A stretch of DNA of 64,000 nucleotides from the human T2T-CHM13v2.0 reference genome, Homo sapiens. Positions 28,755 through 40,800 of the stretch are shown here, piece by piece. Location: positions 12,512,001-12,576,000 of the forward strand of contig CP086569.2 of the NCBI GenBank assembly GCA_009914755.4. The letters are read 5' to 3'. The stretch's first letter is position 1, and the number at the start of each line of letters is the position of its first letter. Below the pieces are notes generated by a model. The model worked only from the letters and a program-made list of their open reading frames with translations, was not told the origin of the DNA and searched no databases. A program made the translations under genes and the position numbers.

Positions 28755-31700
28755 AATGCAATGGAATGGAGTAGAATGGAATGCAGTGGAATAAAACGGA
28801 GAGGAATCGAGTGGAATGGAGTCAATTGGAATTCACTGGAACAATCGAATGGATTGGAATCAAACGGAAAGGAATGGAATGGAATGCAATGGAATGGAAT
28901 CTAAAGGAATGGATTCGAATGGAATGGAATCGAATGGAATGGAATTGAATGGAATGGAATTTTATAGAATCAAAAAGAATAGACTGGAATGGAGTGTAAT
29001 GGAGAATTATCAAATGGAATGTAATGGAAAGGATTGGATTCAAATGGAATGGACAGGAATGGAATGGACTCGAATGAAATGGACTAGAGTGGAATGGAAA
29101 CGAATGGAAGGGAAACGAATGAAATGCAATGGAATGGAATGCACTGGAATGGAAACGAAAGGAATAGAATGGAATGGAATCAGATGCAACTGATTGGAAG
29201 GGAATGGAGTCAATTGGAATAGAATCAAATCCAATGGTATAGCATGGTGTGGAATGGAAAGGACTCGAATGGAATGGACGCGAATGGAATGGCATCGAAT
29301 GGAATGGAATGGAGTGAACTGGAATGAACTGGACCCAAATGTAATGGACTAGAGTGGAATGGACTCAAATAGAATGGACTCAAAACCAACTATCCCGAAT
29401 GGAATTTATTCGAATAGAATGGAATCAAATGTAATGCAATACTATGGAATGGAATTGAAAGGAATGGAATCGAATGGAATGGACTGGAAAGGAATGGACT
29501 GGAATAGAATGGACTCAAATATAATGGATTGCAATGTAATTGATTCAAATGAAACGGAATCGAATGGAATGTAATCAAATTGAATGGAAAGCAATGCAAT
29601 GTAATGGAATAGAATGGAATGCAACTGAGTGGAACGGAACGGAGTGGAATCGAGTGGAATCGAACCGAGTGGAATGTAAACAAATGGAATAGAATTGATT
29701 GGAGTGGACACCAAAGAAATGGACGTGGGAAAAAACGCAATCAAACAGATTGGAATAGAAAGAAACGGAATGGAATGGAATGGAATGGAATGGAATGGAA
29801 TGGAATGGAATGGAATGGAATGGAATGCAATGGAATGGAATGGAATGGAATGGAATGGAATGGAGTGGAATGGAATGGAATGGAATGGAAAGGACTCGAA
29901 TTGTGTGGAGTATAATGGATTGGTATGGAATGGAATGAAATTGATGGTAAAGGAAAAATCTTGAATGGAATGGAATGTAAGAGCATGGAATCAAATGGAA
30001 TGAACTGGAATGGAACACACTGGAATGGAATGCACTGTAATCGAATGGACTCGAATGAAATGGATATGAATGGAATGGAATGGAATGGAATCTAGTGGAT
30101 TTGAATGGAATCGAATGGAAAGGATACGAATGGAAAGGAATAGATTGGAAGGAATAGGATGGAAAGGAATAGAATGGAATGGAGACGAATGGAATAGAAT
30201 CGAATGGTATGGCATCAAGTGGAACGGAATGGAATGGAACGGACTCAAATGTAATGGACTCGAAAGGAATAGAAATGAACGGAATGGCATTGAATGGAAT
30301 GGAATGGAATGGACCCAAATGTAATGGACTCGAAGGAATGAATTCAAATAGAATGTACTCGCAAAGAGTGGTCTCGATGGGAATTAATTTGAATAGAATC
30401 GAATCGAATGGAATGCAATAGAATGCGATGGAATCAAATGGAATGGAACAGAAAGTAATGGACTGAACTAGAATGGTCTGAAATGTAATGGATTACAATA
30501 TATTTGATTTGAATGGAATGGAATCGAATGTAATGTAGTCAAAAGAAATTGAATTTTACACAATGGAATGGAACAGAATGGAATGCAATGGAATGGAAGG
30601 GAGTGCAATGGAATGGAATGGAATGGCATGGAATGGAATGGAATGGAATGGAGTGGTATCTGATGGAATGGAATGGAATGGAGTGGAATGGACTCGAATG
30701 GAATTGATTCAAAACGAATGGAATGGATTCAAACCAATAGAATCAAACGGAATGGAATCAAATGGAATGGAATTGAATGGAAATGAAACGAATAGAATGT
30801 AATGGAGTGTAATGCAAAGATATTGAATGGAATGAAATGGACTCGAATGGAATGGAATTTAATGAAATGGACTAGAATGTAATGGACTTCAGTGGAACGG
30901 ACTCGAATTGAATAGAAACAAATGGAATGCAATGGAGTGAAAGCAAATGAAATGGAAAGGAATAGAATGGAATGCAATCACACGGAAGGGAATGGAGGTT
31001 AAAGGAGTCGAATGGAATAGAATCAAATGTAATGGGATCGATTTGAATAGAATATAATTGACTCGAATGGAATGGCATAGAATGGAATGGACTAGAGTGA
31101 AATTGACTCGAATCGAATGGACTGGATTGGAATGGACTCGAATGGAATGGAATGGATTGGACTCGAATGTAATGGACTGGATTGGAATTTACTCAAATGG
31201 AATGGACTGGAGTTGAATGGAATTGAATGGAATCCCAAAGAATGGAATGCAATGCAATGGAATGGAATGGAATGGAATGGAATGGAATGGAATGGAACGG
31301 AATGGAATGGAATGGACTCAAATATAATGGACTCAAATGCAATGGCCTCAAATAGAATGAACTCGAAAGGAATGTTCCAAATGGAGTTTATTCGAATAAA
31401 ACGGAAAAGAATGTAATGCAATAGTATGCAATGGAATCGAATGAATCCAATCTTATGGAATAGAATTGAATGGAAGAGGTTCGAATGAAACGGACTGGAA
31501 TGGAATGGATTGCAATAGAATGGTCTCGAATGTAAAGGACTGCCATGAAATTGATTCGAATGGAATGGAACCGAATGGAATCGAATCAAAATGAATGGAA
31601 TTGAACGCAATGGAATGGAATACAATGGAATGCAATGGAATGGAAAGAGCGGAATCGAATGGAATGGAATCGAATGAAATGGAATCCATTGGAATGGACT

Positions 31701-34700
31701 GAAATGTAATGGACTCGAATGGATTGGACTGGAACAAAATGCAATCAACCAGATTGGAATCATTTGGAACGTAATGGAATGGAATAGAATGGAACAGAAT
31801 GTAATATAATGGTCTCGAATGGAATGGATTCGAATGGAATGGAATTGAATGGAATTTTATGAAATAGAATGCAATTGAAAGGAAAAGAATGGAATGGAGT
31901 GTATTGGAAAGAACTCCATTGGAATGGAAAGGAAAGGAATCGAATGGTATGTATTGGAATTGAACAGACTCCTAGGGAATGGATTAGAGTGGAATGCACA
32001 CGAAAGGTATGCAAATTAATGGAATCGAAAGGAATGGAATGGAATAGAATGGAATGGTATTGGATGGAATGGAATGGAATGGAGACAAAATGAATAGAAT
32101 TGTATGGAATGGTATGGAATGGAATGGAAAGGAATGAACTTGAATGGATTCGAATGGAATGGAGTCGAATGCAATGGAATCGAATGCAATGGCTTCAAAT
32201 GGAATGGAATGGTATTTAATGGAATGCAATGGAATGGAATGCAGCCAAATGTAAGGGACTCGAATGTAATAGACTCAAAAATGATGGACACGAATGGAAG
32301 GAACACGCATGGAATTTTTTCCATTAGAATGGAATTGAATTGTATGCAATAGTATGGAATGGAATCGAATGGAATGGAATCGAATGGAGTGGACTGGAAA
32401 GGAATGGACTGGAATACGTTGGACACGAATGTAATGGATTACAATGTAATTGTTTCGAATGCAATGGAATCAAATGGAATGTTATCAAAAGGCATTGAAA
32501 GGAACGCAATGGAATGGAATGGAATGGAATGGAATGGAATGGAATGGAATGGAATGGAATGCAATGCAATGCAGTGCAATGGAATGGAATGAGTAGAATC
32601 GAGTGGAATGGAATCGAGTGAATGGAATCGAATGGAATGGAACCGAATGGATCAGAATCGGATACAATTTACTGGAATGGAATGGACTCGAGTGGAATGG
32701 ACTGGAATAAAATGAAATTGCATAGATTAGAACAGAATGGAACGAAATGGAACGGAATGGAATGCAATGGAAAGGAATGGAATGGAATGGAATGGACTCG
32801 ATGGGAATGGAGTGCAATGGAATGTAATCAAATTGAATGGAATGGAGTAGAAATGAAGTGAATGGAATGGGAAGGAATAGAATGGAATGGAGTGTAATGG
32901 AAATATTTCGAATGGAAAGGAATGGAATGGTATGGACTCGACTGGAATGGACTGGAATGAAATGGACTCGAATGGAATGGACTGGAGTGGAAGGGAATTG
33001 AATGGTACAGAAACGAATAGAACGGAATGGAAAATAATAGAATGGAATGGAATGGAATAGAATCGAATGGAATGGAGTCAAATGGAATAGAATCGAATGG
33101 AATGCAATGGAATGGAATGGAATGGAATGCAAAGGACTCGAATAGAATGTATTCGAATGGAATTGAATGGATTTGAAAGGCATCGAATGGAATGGAATGG
33201 AATGGACACAAATACAATGGACTCGAAGGGAATTGACCCAAATAGAAAGGACTCGAAAGGAATGGCATCGAATGGAATTTATTCGAATAGAATGGAATCC
33301 AATTGCATGCAATGGGATGGAATGGAATGGAATAGAAAAGAATGGACAGGAAAGGAATGGACTTGTATGGAAAGGACTAGAATGTAGTGGATTGCAAAGT
33401 AAATGGTTCAAATGGAATGGAATCTAATGGAAAGTATTCAAATGGAATTGAATTGAATGAATCAGATGGGAATACAAAGGAATGCAGGAGAATGGAACGG
33501 AGGGGAATTGAGTGGGATGGAATTTTGTGGAATGGAATCCAATGGAATGGAATCGAATGAAATGGATTCGAATGGAATTGACATCAACAAAATTGAATCG
33601 AATGAGTTGGAATCAAATGGAATGGAATGGAATGGAATGGAAAGGAATGGAATGGAATGGAATGTACTAAAATGGAGTGTAGTAGAATGGAACGGAACTG
33701 AATGGAATGGAATCAAATAGAATGGAATTGAATGGAATCGAATGAAATGGAATGGAATGGAGTGAAATGGAATGATATCGATTGGATTGAAATGGACTCG
33801 AATGAAATGGACTGGACTGGAATGGAATGGAATCGAATGGAATGGATCTGAACGGAATGGACTGGAAAAGAACGGAATCAAATTTAATGGATTGCAATGT
33901 ATTTGATTCGAATGTAATGGAATCCAAATTGAATATAATCAAATGGAATTTAATGGAATGCAAAGGAATGGAATAGAATGGAAAGCAGGGGAAATAAATG
34001 GAGTGGAATCGATTCTAATGGAATCGAAAGGAAAGGAGTTGAATGGAATAGATTCAAATGGAATGGACTCAAATGAAATAGAATTGAGTCGAGTGGCATC
34101 AAATGGAATGGAATGGAAAGGAACGGAATAGACCACAAAGTAATGTACTTAAATGAAATGGACTCAAATAGAATGAAACAAAAAGGAATGTTCTTAAATG
34201 GAATTTATTTGAATAGAATGGAATCGAATGGAATTCAATAGTATGGAATGGAATCGAATGGATGGAGTCAAATGGATTGGACCGGAAAGAAATGGACTCG
34301 AATGGAATGGACAGGAATGTATTGGCTTACAATGTAATTGATTCGAATGGAATGGAACTGAATGGAATGTAATCAAACGGATTGGATGGGAATGCAATGC
34401 AATAGAATAGAATGGAATGCAGTGGAATGGAATGGAATGGAATGGAATCGAGTGAAATGGAATCGAACAGAATGGAATCGAATGGAATGGAATCTATTGG
34501 AATGTACTGGAATATAATGGACTCAAATGGATTGGACTGTAACAAAATGGAATAGAACAGATTGGAATCGAATGGAACAGAATGGAATTGAATGGAATGG
34601 ACTCGAATAGAATGGAGTCGAGTGGAATGGATTTGAATGGAATGGAATGAAATAGAATGGAATTGAATGGAATCGATAGGAGGAGAATGGAATGCAGTGT

Positions 34701-37335
34701 AATGGAAAGAAATCGAATCGAATCGAAGGGAATGGACTCAAATGGAAAGTGCTGGAATTGAATGGACAAGAATGGAATGGATTGGAGTGCAATGGATGCG
34801 AATGAAAATGAAACGAATGGAATGGAATGGAATTGAAAGGAATGGAATAGAAAGGAAAAGAATGGAATGCAATCCGAAGGAACTTAAGAAATGGAATGAT
34901 GTGGAATGGAATGGAATGGAATGGAATGGAATGGAATGGAATGGAATGGAATGGAATAGAGTTGAACCAGAATGGAATGGAGTGGAATGGAATGGACAGG
35001 AATATATTGCATTGCAGCCTAATTGTTTAAAACGGAATGCAATCGAATGGAATAGAATGGAATGGAGTGTAATGGAGAGGTATCAAACGGAATGGAATTT
35101 AACGGAATGGACTCGAGTGGAATGGACTGGAATGGAATGCAATCGAATAGAATGGACTGGAATTGAATGCGCTCGAATGGAATAGATAGGATTGGAATGG
35201 ACACGAATGGAATGGAAATGAATGGAATGGAATGGAAATGAATGGAATGGAATTGGATGGAACGAAATGGAATGCAATTGATTTGAGTGGAATAGAATCG
35301 AATGGAATGGCATCAACTGGAATGGAATTGAATTGAATGGACTCGAATGGAATGGATTCGAATACAATATAATCGAATGGAATGGATTCGAATAGAATAT
35401 AATTGAATGGAATGGCACGTAGTGGAATGGAATGGACCCAAATGGAATGGACTCGAATGGAATCGAAAGAAATGTTCCCGAGTGGAATCTATCAGAATAA
35501 AATGTTATCGAATGGAATGCAAAAATATGGAATGGAATCGAATGGAATGCAATCGAATGGAATGGACAGGAATGGAATGGACTGGAAGAGAATGGACTCT
35601 AATGTAATGGATTGCAATGTAATTGTTTCGAATAGAATGTATGTGAATGGAACTTGATCAAGTGGAATGGAATGGAATGCAATGGAATGCTACGGAGTGC
35701 AATCAAGTGGAATGCAATCAAATGGAGTGGAATCGAATGGAATGGAATCCAATGGAAAGGACTGGCATGGAAAGGACTCCAATGGATTGGACTGGAATAA
35801 AATGGAACTGAACGGATTGCAATCAAATGGAAAGGAACGGAATGGAATGAATTGGAATGGAATGGAGTCAAAAGGAAGGGAAACATATGTTATGGAATTG
35901 AATTGATATGAAACGAATAGAATGGAATGGAGTGTAATGGAAAGATGTGGAATGGAATGGAATGGACTCGAATGGAATGGACCAGAATAAAATGGACTCG
36001 AATGGATTAGAAAAGAATGGAATGGAATGGAATGCAACCGAATGTAATGGAAAGGAACAGAATGGAATGGAATCAGATGGAATGGAATGGAAGGGATTGG
36101 AGTCGAACAGAATAGAATCAAAAGTAATGGGATCGATTGGAATGGAATGGAATGGACTCGATTGGAATGGCATAGAATGGAATGGACTGGAGTGAAATGG
36201 AATCGAATGGAATGGAAACGAATGAAATGGAATGGAATGGAACAGAAACGAACGAAATGGAATGGTATTGAATGGAATGGAGTGGAATGGAATGGAATGG
36301 AATGCAATGGAATGGAATAGAATGGAATAGAATCGGATGGAATGGAATGGAATGCAATGGAGTCGAAAGGAATAAAATCGAAAGGAATGGCATCAAATGG
36401 AATGGAATGGACTCGAATGGAATGGACTCGAATGGAATAGAATTGAAAGAATTGGCATTGAATGGAATGGAATGGAATGGTATGGACCCAAAGGTAATGG
36501 ATTCGAATTGATTGGACTCATGTAGAATGGACTATAAAGAAATTGTTTCGAATGCAATTTATATGACTAAAGTGGAATCGAATGGAAGGCTATAGTATGG
36601 AATGGAATCGAATGAAATGGAATCGAATAGAATGGACTGGAATGGAATGGACTGGAATAAAATGGAATCGAATGTAATGGATTGCAATGTAACTGATGTG
36701 AATGGAATGGAATATAATTGAATGGAATCGAATTCGAATTGACATAAGAGGAATGGACTGGAATAGTATGGACTCGTATGTAATGGAATGGAATGTAATT
36801 GATTCGAAAAGAGTGGAGTTGGATGGAATGTAAGAAAATGGAATGCAATAGAATGCAAAGTAATGGAATAGAATGGAAAGTAATGGAATGCAAAAGAGAG
36901 CAATAGAGTGGAATGTAATCGAATGGAATGGACTGGAATTGAATGGACTCGAATGCAATGGACTGGAACAAAATTGAATAGAACGGATTGGAATCGAAAG
37001 GAATGGAAAGGAATAGAATGGAATCGAATCGACATGAATGGAATGGAGTGAAACGGAATGGAATCGAATAGAATGGAATCGAATGGAATGGAATTGAATG
37101 GATTCGAAAGGAATAGAATGGAATGGAGTTTAATGGAAAGATATCGAATGGAATATACTGGAATAGAAAGGAATAGAATGTAACGGATTGTAATGTAATT
37201 GATTTGAATGGAATGGAATCGAATGGAATGTAATCAAATGGAATGGAAAGGAATGCAATGGAATGGTATAGAGTGAAGTGCAATGGAATGGAACAGAGTG
37301 GAATCGAGTGCAATGGAGTTCAATGGAATGGAATG
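28734..37335 (+). repeat. HOR copy 4 (~8602 bp). A 37-bp continuation (37336..37372) into what would be the start of a fifth unit follows before homology is lost.
   Basis: The internal landmark 'tggacacc' is at 29705 (offset 908, as in the other copies). The last shared ORF, 37130..37363, corresponds to 11322..11555 and 19895..20128. Copy 4 has a copy-specific (GGAAT)n expansion at 29767..29890 and small deletions near 32600..33450. Confidence 0.85.
29767..29890 (+). repeat. Near-perfect (GGAAT)n tract of ~25 units with two variant units (GCAAT, GGAGT). It is expanded by ~10 pentamers (+50 bp) relative to the homologous tracts in copies 1-3 (about 3984..4065, 12561..12640, 21130..21210).
   Basis: I counted units in the printed sequence. 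The ORF landmark MEWNRMECNGMEGSAMEWNG shifts by 8683 in copy 4 against 8633 at the copy start. Confidence 0.8.
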
Positions 37336-37665
37336 GAATGAAAAGGAATGGAATGGAATGCAATGGAATGGAATGGTCTCGAATAGATTGGAGTGGAAAA
37401 AAATGGAACCGAATGGATTGGAATTGTTCTGAAAGGAATGGAATGGAATGGATATGAATGGAATGGATTTGAAAGTAATGGAATCGAATGGAACGGAATC
37501 AAACAGAATGGAATTGAATGGAATCGAAAGGAATAGAATGGAATGGAGTGTCTTGGAAATATACCGAATCGAATGTAATAGACTCAAATTGAATGGACTG
37601 GAAAACATTGGAAACGAAAGGAATGGACTGGAGTGGAATGGATTCTAATGGTATGGAAATGAAAG

Positions 37666-37840
37666 GAATGGAATGGAATGGAATGGAACGGAACGGAATG
37701 GAATGGAATGGAATGGAATGGAATGGAATGGAATTGATTGGAATGGAATGGAATGGAATGGAATGGAATGGAATGGAATGGAATGGAATGGAATGGAATG
37801 GAATGGAATAGATTGGAATGGAATGGAATGGAATGGATTC
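37666..37840 (+). repeat. Near-perfect (GGAAT)n tract of ~33 units with a few GGAAC/GGATT variants. It lies ~300 bp downstream of the HOR array boundary.
   Basis: Direct reading of 37661..37840. The ORF track shows MEWNGMEWNG.../IPFHSIPFHS... runs at 37593..37861. Confidence 0.8.
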
Positions 37841-40800
37841 AAATGGAATAGAATCATTTAGAATGGCCTCGAATGGAATGGAATGGAATGTGGTGGACTT
37901 AAATGGAATGGACTCGAATGGAATGGATTCAAATAGAATGGAAACGAAAGGAATGTTCTTGAATGGAATTTATTCGAATATAAAAGAGTCAAATCGAAGG
38001 CAATAGAAATTAATGGAATCAAATGGAATGGAAACGAATGTAATTGACAGGAAAGAATGGACTAGAATAGTATGGAGTCCAATGTAATGGATTGCAATGT
38101 AATTGATTCGAATAGAATTTAATCGAATGGAATATAATCTAACGAAATGGAATGGAATACAAAGGAATGGAATAGAATGGAATGCAACGGAATGGAATGG
38201 AGTGAAATCGACTTGAACAGAATCGAATGGAATGGAATCAAATGGAATGGCCTAGCATGGAATGAAATCGAATGGAATGGATGGGACGAAAATGGAATGG
38301 AATGGATTTGAATCAAAAGGAAAGGAATGGAAAGGAAAAGAATGGAATGGAATGGATTCAAATAGAATGGAATCAAATGGAATGGAATTGATGAGAATCA
38401 AAAGGAATAGAATTGATAGGAGTGTAAAGGAATTTCTTTGAATGGAAAGGACAGGAATGGAATGGAATGGTCTCGAATGGAATGGACTGGAATGGAACAG
38501 ACTGGAGTGGAACGGACTCGAGTAGAATGGACTTGAATGGAATGGAAACGAATGAAATGAAATGGAAAGGACTGCAATAGAATTGAAAGGAATAGAATGG
38601 AATGAAATCAGATGGACGGGAATGGTATGGAATGGAGTCGAATAGAATAGAGTCGAATGAAATGGCATTGAATGTAATAGAATGGAATGGAATTGACTCG
38701 AATGCAATGGAAACGAACGGAATGCAATGAAATGCAAAGGAATGGATTGGAATTGAATTGGATGCAATAGAATGGATTAGAATGGAATAAAATTGAGTGT
38801 AATGGCATCGAATGGAATGCAATGGAATGGACTCGAATGGAATGGACTTGAATGTAGTAGAATGGAATGGCATGACATCGAATGGAAAGGAAAGGAATGG
38901 AAAGGAATGGAATCAGTTGGAACGGAATAGAAAGGAATGGAGTCAAATGGTATAGAATCTAATGGAATGGTATCGAACTGACTGGAATGGATTGAACTAA
39001 AATGTAATGGACTCGAATGCAATAGAAGAGAATGGAATGACGTCGAATCAAATGGAATGAAATGGATTGGAATGCAATGGATAGGAATGTAATGGATTGG
39101 ACCCAAATGTAAAGGACACAAATGGAATGGACTCAAGTGGAATGGACTCAAGTACAATGGACTTGAAAGGAATGGTCTCGAATGGAATTCATTATAATAC
39201 AATGGAATCGAATGGAATGAATTAGTATGGAATGATATCGAATGGAATGGAATTGAATGGAATGAACCGGAATGGAATGGACTGGAATAGAAGCGACTCG
39301 AATGTAATGGATTGCAATTTAATGGATTTGAAATGAATGGATTCAAAAGGAATGTAATGAAATGGAATGGAATGGTATGCAACGGAATGGATAAGAATGG
39401 AATGCAATAAAAGGAAATGGAGTGGAATCCAGTGGAATGGAATCGAATGGAATGGAATTGTATGGAATGGAATAGAATGCAATGGACCAGAATGGAATGG
39501 AATGGAATAAAACCGATTTGAATGATATGGATTGCAATGTAATTGATTTGAATAGAATGGATTCAAATGGAATGTAATCAAATGGATTGGAATGGTAAGA
39601 AATGGAATGGAATAGAATGGAATGCAATAAAGGGGAATGGAGTGGAATCGAGTGGAGTAGAATGGAGTGTAATTTAATCAAATGGAATAGAATTGTATGG
39701 AATGGTATCAAACGGCATGGACTGGAATTGAATGGAATGTAATAGATTGGAATGGAATGGAATGGCACGGACTAGAATGCAGTGGACTCGAATGCAATTG
39801 ACTGGAACAAAACGGAATCGGACAGATGGGAATCGAACCTAACTGAATTGAATGGAATGGAATGGAAAGGACTCAAATGGAATGGAGTCGAATAGAAAGG
39901 ATCCAAGTGGTATGGAATCGAATGGAATGGAATTGAATGGAATCGAAAGGAATAGAATGAAATGGAGTGTAATGGAAAGACATCAAATGGAATGTAATGG
40001 ACTCGAATGGAATGGAGTTGAATGGAATGAAATTGAAAGGAATGGAATTGAATGGAATGGAAGTGAACAGAAACGAAAGGAATAGAATCGAATGGAGTGA
40101 AATGGAAAGATATCGAATAAAAAGGAATGGAATGGAATGGACTGGAATGGAATGGACTGGAGAGGATTGTACTCGAATGGAAAGGAAATGAATGGAAAGG
40201 AATAGAATGGAATGGAATGGAATTGGATGGAACGGAATGGAATGGAACGGAATGGAATGGAATGGAATGGAATGGAATGGAATGGAATGGAATGCAGTCG
40301 AGTGGAATAGAATCGAATGGTACGGCATCAGATGGAATGGAATGGGCTTGAATGGAATGGACTCGAATGGAGCAGAATTGAAAGGAATGTCATCGAATGG
40401 ACTGCAATGGAATGGCATGGAATGAAATGTAATGGACTCGAAAGGAATGGTCTCGAACGCAATTTATTCGAATAGAATGGAATTGAATGGAATGCAACAG
40501 TGTGGAATGGAATCGAAAGAACTGGAATCGAATGGAATGGAACAGAATGGATTGGAGTGGAATAGAATGGGCTCGAATGTAATAGAATGTAACGTAATTG
40601 ATTTGAAAGGAAGGGAATCTAAAGTAATGTAATCAAATGGAATGGAATGTAATGCAATGAAAGGGAGTAGAATGAAACGCAATGGAATGGAACTGAGTGG
40701 AATCTAGTGGAATGGAATCTAGTGGAATGAAATTGAATAGAGTGGAATCAAATGGAATGGAGTGGAATGGAATGGACTCGAAGAGATTAGACTGGAATGA

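Larger units (their letters stand above)
2960..37372 (+). repeat. Tandem array of four copies of an ~8.6 kb higher-order repeat (HOR) built from HSat3 pentamers. Copy lengths are about 8568, 8573, 8633 and 8602 bp.
   Basis: The landmark 'cggagaggaatcgagtggaatggagtcaattggaattcactgg' occurs at 3023, 11591, 20164 and 28797. The landmark 'tggacaccaaagaaatggacgtgggaaaaaacgc' occurs at 3931, 12499, 21072 and 29705. The entire ORF track repeats with the same offsets, for example 3042/11610/20183/28816 and 10759/19332/27945/36567. There is no fifth occurrence: sequence after ~37372 diverges ('...gcaatggaatggaatgg|tctcgaatagattggagtgg'). Confidence 0.9.

Noticed and set aside
2960-37372. Possibility that the four repeated 8.6 kb units represent a duplicated gene cluster, defence island or mobile element (for example a composite transposon or integrated element with terminal repeats)
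   Set aside because: The units are head-to-tail tandem with no unique cargo. Every base is GGAAT-derived satellite. There are no terminal inverted repeats, target-site duplications, integrase-like ORFs or tRNA flank. This is classical satellite HOR organisation.
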